IMG/VR virus record: IMGVR_UViG_2595698668_000001
Coordinates: 32,001-96,000 of that record
Direction: 5' to 3' (one strand)
From: a virus
Lineage: Duplodnaviria; Caudoviricetes
DNA length: 64,000 bases
Shown here in pieces: positions 1 through 8,685 of this stretch; position 1 is the first letter of the stretch, and every line of letters begins with the position of its first letter. A model generated the notes under the pieces. That model saw nothing but the letters and a program-made list of their open reading frames with translations, had not been told where the DNA came from and did no database searches. A program made the translations under genes and the position numbers.

Positions 1-52
1 TCTAGTGTATCAGTTTTCTTGAACCAATTTAACATTTTTACTCCTTAAAATA

Positions 53-143
53 CGAACGTAGTGAGTACGCCTTCGGCGGTTCGCTTCGCTCTCTAATTAT
101 AGATCTTCTATATAAATACTTATAGAGATTTTATATTTTGATT
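53..143 (+). repeat. Structured ~90 bp element, copy 1 (inverted copy at 49029-49129); contains TATAAATA
   Basis: 92-135 is the exact reverse complement of 49037-49080 (44 bp); flanking CGAACGTAGTGAG and GTTCGCTTCGCTC blocks are also shared. Confidence 0.9.
111..118 (+). promoter_or_regulatory. T4-type late promoter motif TATAAATA
   Basis: Exact T4 gp55 late consensus in an intergenic position, antisense to the flanking genes. Confidence 0.5.
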
Positions 144-161
144 TCAAGTGATACTACATCA

Positions 162-242
162 TAGGAAGCTCTACAATCAATTCTATTCACAACCCATACA
201 AAATTATAGGAATACTTTTAAAATCGATTGTAGAGCTTCCTA
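162..242. repeat. 17 bp perfect inverted repeat with 47 nt spacer
   Basis: TAGGAAGCTCTACAATC (162-178) pairs with GATTGTAGAGCTTCCTA (226-242). Confidence 0.9.
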
Positions 243-251
243 GGGGCTTAA

Positions 252-515
252 TTAAACGAAATCTAGGTAATTATCTACTTCATCTTTGAACATGACTGAG
301 AAATCGGAATCTTCGTCGAATGGTTGAAATCCATTGACTGATTTGATTTCATTTTTATCAGTCAATTCTACCTCAAATACCTCGTCTGGTGCAATATCAG
401 CAAAAATATCATGTACTTCCTTGCTTGCCCACGAGGTTTCTGATGTCACAATTTCATCGCTAATTGTGGACATAAATTCATCATAACATTGGTCACTTTT
501 AAAACGTGCTTTCAT
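252..515 (-). CDS. Hypothetical protein, small acidic paralogous family
   Basis: N-terminal RFKSD..DEF and C-terminal DEVDNYLDFV resemble ORFs at 26364, 58205 and 58492. Confidence 0.7.
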   Translation of the reverse strand: MKARFKSDQCYDEFMSTISDEIVTSETSWASKEVHDIFADIAPDEVFEVELTDKNEIKSVNGFQPFDEDSDFSVMFKDEVDNYLDFV

Positions 516-518
516 TTT

Positions 519-1004
519 TTATTCCTCGATAACAAAAATTTTATAATTGGATGGGAACATAAGTTCAATCAATGGGAATTTAATTTCTGGCATACGGGCA
601 ATCGCAACCATGTCACCTTCCGCAATGAAATCCTCAGAGCGAATGACTCCTTGTTCTACCCAAATCGCAGTAAACATTCCGCTGTCTGGGTAGAACAAGG
701 ATTCTACTAGTTTGGGTTCTTTCAATTTCACCTCTTGGCGTGGTGGATCAACCTCAACAATCACCCCTTCCATGATATCATTCATACTAAACATCAACCA
801 ACCAGTAATCCCGATACCATTAACTGTATCAACGGTCTGTTCCCATCGTTCACTCATAACACATTCCATCGGTGTTTTGGTATCGTAAATTTCGTCAACG
901 ATTGACTTGTATTGGTCTAGATCAAATCCAAGTTGCTTATAAAAATCCTTTTTCCAGTTTTCTTTAGATTTGTCATCTTTCCACACAAAATATCGTACTT
1001 TCAT
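519..1004 (-). CDS. Hypothetical protein
   Basis: 161 aa ORF abutting its neighbours; WKDDKSKENW motif shared with 1001-1291. Confidence 0.75.
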   Translation of the reverse strand: MKVRYFVWKDDKSKENWKKDFYKQLGFDLDQYKSIVDEIYDTKTPMECVMSERWEQTVDTVNGIGITGWLMFSMNDIMEGVIVEVDPPRQEVKLKEPKLVESLFYPDSGMFTAIWVEQGVIRSEDFIAEGDMVAIARMPEIKFPLIELMFPSNYKIFVIEE

Positions 1005-1291
1005 TTGAAAAGTTTCTCCACTTCGTCTTTCGATAATTCTACCAAAAATTTTTCGATGTCGTCGGTTGTGAAGATCGATATACCGTAATCGTAATCGATA
1101 CCATCGATTTTCATTACATGGTTTCGACCTTGGTAGATATCACACCCACACACAAGAACATCGAGATTCATCACATCGTTGGAGATTTCAACTAGCTTTT
1201 GATAACCACTGGCGGAAATAGACCATTTGTCTTTCGACGATTCATCCTTCCAACGATACACACGCAATACATGATTACTCATATCAATCAA
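1001..1291 (-). CDS. Hypothetical protein
   Basis: ATGA overlap with the downstream ORF; YRWKDESSKDKW motif. Confidence 0.7.
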   Translation of the reverse strand: MIDMSNHVLRVYRWKDESSKDKWSISASGYQKLVEISNDVMNLDVLVCGCDIYQGRNHVMKIDGIDYDYGISIFTTDDIEKFLVELSKDEVEKLFK

Positions 1292-1293
1292 CC

Positions 1294-1548
1294 TTATTCA
1301 AACCGGATGGTGGAATTTTTAAAGAGCAAACCAGAGCAAACAGCACCGTTTACAACCTGACCGGATGCCTTGTTGACTGCGGTAAACTTGGTTGCGAAGG
1401 TATCTTTTTCACTGCAACTAAACCAAGCATAACCGCCAACATGGACGTTGGTATATCCGTTTTGAGTCAATACACGGCGGGCACCGTCCGCATCAGTACA
1501 GGCAGACAGGGACAGTACAGCAAGAATTGCGATAATCATCTTTTTCAT
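1294..1548 (-). CDS. Putative lipoprotein
   Basis: MKK + hydrophobic stretch + lipobox LSAC; GGAGA RBS. Confidence 0.75.
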   Translation of the reverse strand: MKKMIIAILAVLSLSACTDADGARRVLTQNGYTNVHVGGYAWFSCSEKDTFATKFTAVNKASGQVVNGAVCSGLLFKNSTIRFE

Positions 1549-1687
1549 TTCGATCTCTCCATTTGTTCAATTAAAATACTAAGTCCAGACACAGAATCTT
1601 CAAGAAGGTCTACGTTTTCACTCTGGAATACATCTGAGTTTACTATAGCCAAGATACCAAGTAAAGTACCTATTACCAAATATTTCA

Positions 1688-2035
1688 TTATTCTACACCG
1701 GTTACCGATTCAAACTTACCTTCTGTAATAAGGAAGGTGATCTTGTCTGAACAATGATACACCATTTTTACGGGAACTTTACTACCGATCTTGAATTCAT
1801 ATTCTACACGAACCACACCAGAATTAAAAGTGGTTTCAACAATTTCGATTTTCCCCAAGTGTTCTTTACGAAGGTCTTTCAAGGTACGGACAATATCAAA
1901 CTTCAATTCGTCCGGAATGGCCGCAACCGCATCATAAAAGTCCTGTTCCTGAACTTTTCGGATCTGGCTTTTGATTACGTTGACGAATTTTTCGATTGAT
2001 TTATTGTTTACGTTGTCAATACGAGATTGTTTCAT
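1688..2035 (-). CDS. Hypothetical protein
   Basis: 115 aa ORF with AGGAG RBS in a tightly packed run. Confidence 0.7.
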   Translation of the reverse strand: MKQSRIDNVNNKSIEKFVNVIKSQIRKVQEQDFYDAVAAIPDELKFDIVRTLKDLRKEHLGKIEIVETTFNSGVVRVEYEFKIGSKVPVKMVYHCSDKITFLITEGKFESVTGVE

Positions 2036-2270
2036 TTTTAGCTCCTAGATTTGAATGTAAACATTACAGAAACGTGTGGGCTTCTATCGTGGGTTGGGAC
2101 AACAGACCAACATAATACATCATAACCTTTGGTAGATGCAATAGGATCTAGATCATTCAGTAAAGATTCTACGGAGTTCTCAAATGCCCGATATTCATAT
2201 TTTTTCAGAGACTCAAATTCTCTTGACAGTTGAACAAATGATTTTACAACAAATTTACCAGTCCACATAA

Positions 2271-2561
2271 TTAAACCCTCTCCAACATTGGAAGAATAAG
2301 AGTGTGCAACATATCCATGTAAGTCTGATGGTAGATGTCTTGATGGATCTCTTTGAGATATTCCATGGTGTCCCGCCCGTTGAAAGACCAGCTAACAACC
2401 GCAGCATTATCAATCTCTCGCAACGGGTTTCCGTTGAAATTAACAATGATGAAATTCTCACTTCGTGGGATCTCGATGAGCCATTCGTTTTTCCCAGCCA
2501 ATGATTTACCTTTTGAAACCACGACTTTTCGTACATCTTCATTGATAAATTGGATTTTCAT
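2271..2561 (-). CDS. Hypothetical early protein
   Basis: Start reassigned to ATG at 2561 (MKIQF), behind a GAGG RBS and the promoter at 2590-2617. Confidence 0.7.
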   Translation of the reverse strand: MKIQFINEDVRKVVVSKGKSLAGKNEWLIEIPRSENFIIVNFNGNPLREIDNAAVVSWSFNGRDTMEYLKEIHQDIYHQTYMDMLHTLILPMLERV

Positions 2562-2589
2562 AAAACACCTCTCGTTTGTTTGAGAACCC

Positions 2590-2617
2590 ATAGTACCAGA
2601 AACAAAAATGGAGTCAA
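2590..2617 (-). promoter_or_regulatory. Early sigma70-like promoter
   Basis: TTGACT-N16-TACTAT on the minus strand. Confidence 0.6.
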
Positions 2618-2643
2618 GCGATTTCTCGCAAGACCCCATAAAA

Positions 2644-2976
2644 TTATTTCTTGAGCATACCAGTAAGTTTGTGGTGTGCTAGGTTAAAGCTTTGTTGTGT
2701 ATCTGACTGAGACCGTTTCCAAGTAATCTTACCAAAATCCTCAATAGGACTGATGTTTACCTTGGTAATATCTACGTTTTCTTTCACCCAACGTTTCCAT
2801 TCCCCCATCTGGATTTCGTGGAATCGTTTAGCTTCGCGCATACCAGCAGTATTCATTTTTGCTTGAACACTGTTCAACATAGAAATGTATTGGTTTACAA
2901 TCCGGTTGTAATCCTTGGATGTTTTCATTTGAAACGATTCATCGATACGTTCGAAAAATTCTTTGTTCTTAATCAT
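2644..2976 (-). CDS. Putative capsid internal protein
   Basis: N-terminus MIKNKEFFERIDE resembles T4 internal-protein capsid targeting sequences ending in a gp21-type I-x-E site; basic mature part. Confidence 0.4.
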   Translation of the reverse strand: MIKNKEFFERIDESFQMKTSKDYNRIVNQYISMLNSVQAKMNTAGMREAKRFHEIQMGEWKRWVKENVDITKVNISPIEDFGKITWKRSQSDTQQSFNLAHHKLTGMLKK

Positions 2977-2987
2977 TTTAGTAATCC

Positions 2988-3902
2988 TCAGAACTTATTA
3001 GCAGCAACGCGATCATACACAATGACTTTCTTAAATTTGGTTGGCTTTTCGAAATCTTTATCGTCATCACTGTCATTGTCTGGAAAAGCTACCGTACCTT
3101 TTTTAAGGTCTAGTTTGACCACAAAGGTTTTTTGATCACCAAAACGTCCCCCTCCGCTCATATCTACACGAACAACCCCTTTACCAAAATATTTGGTATC
3201 ATGGCTATCTGGAATCATAAGTGCAAAAGTTTTATTGTTTGGCATAAGAAGATGACCAAATTGTGCAATAGAACCAGTTTCACGTTCTTTAGCTGGGGTA
3301 TCACTATATTCAATGATACCAAGGCTTTCGTTAATCGTCATAGCTTCCATCAATTCTTCTTCGATGTCAAAGATTATAACAGAATCTATATCATGTTCAA
3401 GTAATTCTTTTGCTTCGTTTAACATACCAACGAATTCATCTTGGATCATTAGGTATTCAACCATAGATTCCATCATTGCGCTTTTTTGACCAGCAGCAGT
3501 TTGTTTATGAGAGATCTTACCACCGGTTCCTTTTGGGAACACAGTAACAATATTGATTTCGCGACCTTTTACAGAACCAACTACAGAACGGTTTTCAGAT
3601 TGGGAATGGAACATATAAGTACCACTCTTAATCTTGTTTGCTTCTACGTGTTTTACCATCTTACGAGCAAAATCTTTCCACTCTTCCGCCGTTTTAGCAG
3701 CAGCTCGTTGGTGTGCACGGGCTTGAGCATGGACAGAACTTTGAACTTTAAACGCACCAACTCGCATAGAGACAGGTAGCTTTGATTGTTTACTAAGTTC
3801 AAATTCCTGATCTTTAGTAAGTTCGACCTTTTGATTTCGGCTTTGTGCCATTTGTTCGTCAAACCGGGTCAGGGTTGCGAACAAGTCTTTAGTTTTCAAC
3901 AT
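2988..3902 (-). CDS. Putative capsid-internal polyprotein with an RNase-toxin-like (BECR/DUF4258-like) domain
   Basis: Start at ATG 3902 behind AAGGA; S-x-H-A-x-x-R-x-x-x-R ... IVTVF pattern; acidic linker with repeated (L/I/M)-x-E sites; CCTAAATA upstream. Confidence 0.45.
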   Translation of the reverse strand: MLKTKDLFATLTRFDEQMAQSRNQKVELTKDQEFELSKQSKLPVSMRVGAFKVQSSVHAQARAHQRAAAKTAEEWKDFARKMVKHVEANKIKSGTYMFHSQSENRSVVGSVKGREINIVTVFPKGTGGKISHKQTAAGQKSAMMESMVEYLMIQDEFVGMLNEAKELLEHDIDSVIIFDIEEELMEAMTINESLGIIEYSDTPAKERETGSIAQFGHLLMPNNKTFALMIPDSHDTKYFGKGVVRVDMSGGGRFGDQKTFVVKLDLKKGTVAFPDNDSDDDKDFEKPTKFKKVIVYDRVAANKF

Positions 3903-4250
3903 GTTGTTTTCCTTTCGTAGATCTACATATCTATTTAGGAAGTAGGAAAACCTCAACAAGTACAGCAATAATACTCACGCCAACCACAATAACCTTGTGT
4001 TTCTTTTTCTTCGATACCATAAAAGCAGTACCTAAGCCAAATCCGGTTGCAAACAGAGCAAAAGTCATAACATCCCCTTAAGACATGGCAAGGAGAGACA
4101 GGGAAGAAAGACCAGCTACGATATAGCCAGTAGTGAAAGCGCGTTGATATGCTGCGCGGGTAGCCTGTACCGATTTTACGAAACAAACACCCGCAACAAA
4201 ACCAAGTGCGATTACCATCTCTTTCTTCCTTCTCGTTAGTTGATATGAGT

Positions 4251-4278
4251 AGTATACACGAATACTGACGATGGTCAA
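4251..4278 (-). promoter_or_regulatory. Early sigma70-like promoter
   Basis: TTGACC-N16-TATACT followed by ACTCATATCAACT, a tract also seen after the promoter at 51277-51305. Confidence 0.7.
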
Positions 4279-4283
4279 CTACT

Positions 4284-4670
4284 TTAAAAAAGAATTTTCA
4301 CGATAGTAAAAATTATTGCGTAATGAACAAGATGATGTGCCATTTGGTCTAGACCGAGATGATACCAAAATACTGGTTCTTGTGGTGTGTGACCTCGACT
4401 TAATTCAACTTTCATTTTATCAATAAAGAAGTGAGATATAAAATCAAAAAGAGTAAGACCAAGTACAACCCATATGTTCAAACCCATAATGATCGCAACG
4501 AACATTGTCATTAATGCATGTACCGTACAATGTGCTGCAAGGGGTGTAACCCAACCAACCTCTTTAAATTTCCCAAGCATATACTTACCTTGTAACAGGT
4601 AATCCGCTGAAAAATGTTTTATTTGGTAAAACACCAACAACCAAAAAATAGTACTAACAGGTTCAATCAT
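4284..4670 (-). CDS. DUF3307-like membrane protein
   Basis: H-x-x-A-D-Y-x-L-Q, H-x-x-V-H, H-F-x-I-D-x-x-K and D-Q-x-x-H motifs between hydrophobic helices. Confidence 0.75.
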   Translation of the reverse strand: MIEPVSTIFWLLVFYQIKHFSADYLLQGKYMLGKFKEVGWVTPLAAHCTVHALMTMFVAIIMGLNIWVVLGLTLFDFISHFFIDKMKVELSRGHTPQEPVFWYHLGLDQMAHHLVHYAIIFTIVKILF

Positions 4671-5818
4671 TTCAAAAAGTCCTTACAAACAATGTTCTCA
4701 TCAAATACTTCTGGGTATCCAAGAAGGTTCACCAGACGTTGACGACATGCTACCACGTTAGATTCCACTATGTCAAAACCAAAAAGCTGATGAGAAATGG
4801 TTTCCTTATCATGACCCATATCTAGCCTACGCTCGGCAATCCGGTACAAAATGTTACCGTCACCACAGGCAGGGTCACAAAAGGAACCATCCCAGTTAAC
4901 AACACGGTCAAGTAACATATCAGTAACCACGTCTGGGGTAAAAACCTCGTGGGTGGATTTCTGTCGCTCTAAGTTAAACTCGGAAGCAACCCGATTCTTA
5001 TCCTCTGTGTGCGTCCCTGAATGGTATCTTCCTCGTGTTTCTACTTCATAGTAGGGTAACACACCCATATAGTCACAAATCCACTCACGAATCGTTGGAA
5101 GAGGTTTGGTGAGGTCTGGATATGGTACTGATGCCAGAGTACCAGAATCTAAATGCTGGTTGTTTTTATAAAGCGCCAAGAAAACTCTAGCATAATCCGA
5201 CTTGATATACTCCAAGAATTTATTCGCTTCTTCTAAAGTATCAAACCCATAGTGATGCCATTTAAGATTTGGTTTCGTTTCTACTATGTATTCTTTAGGG
5301 ACCATAGTAAAGAAATCTGCGTTAAACCTTTCCCCAGCGATTGGGACATGACCACGGATCAAACCAATATTGACGAAATAGTTTCCTTCTGGATTTTGGC
5401 TATTTAAAAGATTCTTTTGAACTGGTAACGCTTCATACAGCTTTGATATCTGGGTTCCGAAATAGTTTAGTTCATCAACTTTCATCCTATTTCTACCGTT
5501 CGTCATAGGCCCGTATACATCGATATACCCACTAAATGGAACACCAATTATTGTATGGGTTATGGATAATGGTACAAATAATCCAGCAGAAAAATAGAGG
5601 TTCCCATCAATTAGTTCCATTGATGTTATGTTTTCGCCGACTATCTTTTTAAATTCAACCACCCGTTTTTGTTCTTTGACTGGACGACGATTAAAAAATG
5701 GGGCAGATGGATGAACACAAATTATCTCTCTCCCAATAGAACTCGCTTTGTTAAAGAAGTCTAAGTGGAGATTCCTGTTATATGGTGGATTCATTATCAC
5801 GTAATCATATGAAATCAT
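4667..5818 (-). CDS. Amino-DNA (N6A/N4C) methyltransferase with circularly permuted motif order
   Basis: DYVIMNPPY (motif IV) at the N-terminus; EVFTP (motif X) and DPACGDGN (motif I) near the C-terminus. Confidence 0.85.
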   Translation of the reverse strand: MISYDYVIMNPPYNRNLHLDFFNKASSIGREIICVHPSAPFFNRRPVKEQKRVVEFKKIVGENITSMELIDGNLYFSAGLFVPLSITHTIIGVPFSGYIDVYGPMTNGRNRMKVDELNYFGTQISKLYEALPVQKNLLNSQNPEGNYFVNIGLIRGHVPIAGERFNADFFTMVPKEYIVETKPNLKWHHYGFDTLEEANKFLEYIKSDYARVFLALYKNNQHLDSGTLASVPYPDLTKPLPTIREWICDYMGVLPYYEVETRGRYHSGTHTEDKNRVASEFNLERQKSTHEVFTPDVVTDMLLDRVVNWDGSFCDPACGDGNILYRIAERRLDMGHDKETISHQLFGFDIVESNVVACRQRLVNLLGYPEVFDENIVCKDFLK

Positions 5819-6074
5819 ATCTGTTCACCTACATACATCATCACCGTAATATCTTCTTTATTACTCCTAGTCTGTTGACCGACATATACGTGTCGAGACG
5901 GATACCCCATTTCTATAATCTTTATAGCTTTTTCGTAATTTGTAGTTGGAATAATTCCCTCATAACAAACCAATTCTTTGGCCCCGTCTTCATGAGCCCA
6001 ACATGGATACCCATCTTCATTAATATAAAATACGGGGCCACCAATTCTATGTAGCATAAACACCTCTAAAAGTT

Positions 6075-6092
6075 AAGGGGGCTAATGCCCCC
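6075..6092 (-). terminator. Putative intrinsic terminator
   Basis: GGGGGC/GCCCCC stem followed by a T-rich tract on the minus strand. Confidence 0.5.
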
Positions 6093-6383
6093 AATTATCA
6101 TAGACAAATAATATCTTGATGGAAAATGTCGTTTTCAACATCACGATAAGAACGGACGTCACCAACATAATCTCGATAAAATTTAATTAGGTCTTCCAAC
6201 TTCCGGAACGAACTATGAACCTCTTTTGTAAAGAACAAGTTTCGTAGTGCGTCATAATACACAACGTGGCTTTCCATCACATGATATCGGTCTTCCATAC
6301 CGAAATAGTCTGGTTCATATACAACGGAAATAAAAGAGATCTTACCGATTTGAATGTTTTCCAACAGTTTAAATTCGTCAAAT

Positions 6384-6854
6384 TTAATATTCATATTGAT
6401 TCTCCGTAAGGATTGTAATTACTCGATCTTGGTTTCTTACTACTCGTAAAGAATCTGGTGGATTCTTTACAAATTCTCGGATTCGGATTTGTGCATTTAC
6501 ATCTAGGATACCAACCCGACCCATATACCAGACAGTATACATATCTCTATCTGCTGGTGTAAATTCTGGATATTCTTTAATGATATCGGAGTCTTTAACT
6601 TTGATATTTTCCACCCGCTGGAAATACCTTACAATAAAATGGTCTGTTAGGTTTAATACCCCGACAGTTCTCCATGTACTGTAATTATAATGATCTTCTA
6701 TCCTACCACCTAGATAATCACCGGGCTGTAATGTGTATTCTACCTCTTCTAAAATACGATGGCAATTTGCTATCTCATCGTTCATTAGTTGAATTTGGCG
6801 ATTAATCTTGGTCACTCTAGAGGGTTTAATTCCACGAATACGACGACCGTTCAT
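6384..6854 (-). CDS. Hypothetical protein with a possible BECR-like RNase fold
   Basis: LTDHFIVRYFQR ... RVITIL pattern. Confidence 0.5.
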   Translation of the reverse strand: MNGRRIRGIKPSRVTKINRQIQLMNDEIANCHRILEEVEYTLQPGDYLGGRIEDHYNYSTWRTVGVLNLTDHFIVRYFQRVENIKVKDSDIIKEYPEFTPADRDMYTVWYMGRVGILDVNAQIRIREFVKNPPDSLRVVRNQDRVITILTENQYEY

Positions 6855-6856
6855 AA

Positions 6857-7318
6857 TTAAACCCCCGGATATTCAATACGATTCTCGTTTATCTCGTTCC
6901 AATAATCGTCACTCTCATTATTACCTTCGTCGTCATCCCAGTCTCGACGGGTCCAATCCTGATTTTCTGAATCCCAGAATGCAATACACCAATCACCAAC
7001 TCCCTCGTATCCATCATCAGCACCATATCCATATCGGATTTTTTGAACCCAATAATAACCAGATTTTCGGTTCTGTACTCGGAGTTCGTCCAACTCCTTA
7101 TTCTTTGTTTCTGCTAGTTCCTGAGCAAACTTAATTACTACTGGGATTAGGTCAGGATGAATAATAGACCGACCCCAACCAGACCAAATAATAATCTTAC
7201 CGTCTTTATTGGGCCATGAGAACTCTTTGAGGAACTTGTAATCACTCATAACAACAGACAATTCCCAGTTGTTGCTCTTTCGTTCACCCAGTTCGTTTAC
7301 AATCCATTTTGCATTCAT
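6857..7318 (-). CDS. Hypothetical protein
   Basis: 153 aa Trp-rich ORF with GAGG RBS. Confidence 0.7.
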   Translation of the reverse strand: MNAKWIVNELGERKSNNWELSVVMSDYKFLKEFSWPNKDGKIIIWSGWGRSIIHPDLIPVVIKFAQELAETKNKELDELRVQNRKSGYYWVQKIRYGYGADDGYEGVGDWCIAFWDSENQDWTRRDWDDDEGNNESDDYWNEINENRIEYPGV

Positions 7319-7356
7319 AATTTTATCCTCTTTGAATTTTTAAATATTATTACATA

Positions 7357-7977
7357 TTATTTTTCTTGTGTCAACTTACACATAGCAACACAATAATCGA
7401 CAAAAGATTTTATATCTGGGTTTTTCTCTATTGGGTCTAAGTTCACTTCCGGTTGTTCTTTCACTTCCACTGTTTTAAGTAAATCCCAAACAAGGTCAAC
7501 GTGTCTGGTCCGGATACAAACCCGGATACTGTTGAATTCAATGATAATGAAAAATCTATTAGAAGAACTATCACCCCGAGGGAAGCTGTAATAAGATACA
7601 TCAAATGAATTATCGTTCATCCCAATTGCTTCATAAGAAAGTCTACCATATTTATCGCCTGTAAGTGACACATCTCCATATTTTTTAAGATTTTTGATAA
7701 AAGAACGTACTTGTCCTTTACTAGACAAATAAACAGAATTTCTAAGCATTGGCATTGCAATATAAGATCTATGTGTATTAAGCCAAAGTTCCGAACTGTA
7801 ATTAGAAAACCACATTGTATCTGATAAAGCTTTTGCAACATGACGAAGGTCATCACATGTTGCATTCTTTGCAATCATACGAGCATTCTTGTTTAAATAT
7901 AGAGGTGGTTTACTGGTCTTCTCCTTTGATGTGTTGTTCAAGTCTTCGGTATCATGTTTAGAATACATTTTAACCAT
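7357..7977 (-). CDS. Hypothetical protein, paralog of 7977-8630
   Basis: Shared LS(Y/W)xAxGMND, IRT and SFVxYC motifs; TAATG coupling. Confidence 0.8.
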   Translation of the reverse strand: MVKMYSKHDTEDLNNTSKEKTSKPPLYLNKNARMIAKNATCDDLRHVAKALSDTMWFSNYSSELWLNTHRSYIAMPMLRNSVYLSSKGQVRSFIKNLKKYGDVSLTGDKYGRLSYEAIGMNDNSFDVSYYSFPRGDSSSNRFFIIIEFNSIRVCIRTRHVDLVWDLLKTVEVKEQPEVNLDPIEKNPDIKSFVDYCVAMCKLTQEK

Positions 7978-8630
7978 TACACAGAACCCCTAACATTAAC
8001 AATACAATAGTTGACAAATGATGAAATTTCAGTGGACATCATAGACGTTGTTTCGTTTTTTGGTGCTTTATGGTATTGATTGTAAAAATCTCTGATACTA
8101 TTAATATAATTTGTTCTGATCCAGAAGATTTCACCATTATATTTTGCTTCCAACATAGTCTTATCTTTATCATGATAATCCCGTTCATACAATTTATAAG
8201 AGGTAAAATCGTTGTTGGAATCATTCATCCCCAATGCAGACCAAGATAACTGGACAACCTTTTCAAGTTTCAATTCCCCTGAATTGCACAATTCCTTAAT
8301 AAAATTATCTAATTCGGATTCGAGGTCAACACAAGCAACAAACGGGGTCTTTGTGTTTTTATAACTACGATACTTGTTTTCGTAGTTATGTGACATAGTT
8401 GGAAACTTTACAGTTTTATCTAGAATCGTTGCAATTTCCACTAAACCGTGATTACGAAGATATTCAGCATTTTTGTTGCGGAGAGCCTTAATCTTGGTTT
8501 TGTCTACGTCATCTCCGTTCATACCGATATATGAATTGTTTTTGGGTTTTGATCCTGTATGTACGACACCATTATACATGGATGAAAGCTCCTGTTCGAT
8601 TTCGTTTAGACTAATATCATACATTTTCAT
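7977..8630 (-). CDS. Hypothetical protein, paralog of 7357-7977
   Basis: Shared motifs as above; AAGGA RBS. Confidence 0.8.
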   Translation of the reverse strand: MKMYDISLNEIEQELSSMYNGVVHTGSKPKNNSYIGMNGDDVDKTKIKALRNKNAEYLRNHGLVEIATILDKTVKFPTMSHNYENKYRSYKNTKTPFVACVDLESELDNFIKELCNSGELKLEKVVQLSWSALGMNDSNNDFTSYKLYERDYHDKDKTMLEAKYNGEIFWIRTNYINSIRDFYNQYHKAPKNETTSMMSTEISSFVNYCIVNVRGSV

Positions 8631-8647
8631 GATGTTTCCTTAAAATT

Positions 8648-8676
8648 AAAGGGGATTGTCTTTCGACAACCCCCTT
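8648..8676 (-). terminator. Intrinsic terminator
   Basis: GC-rich stem (GGGGxTTGTC/GACAAxCCCC) with a GAAA loop then T-run on the minus strand, just after the 8686 ORF. Confidence 0.7.
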
Positions 8677-8685
8677 ATCTTACTA

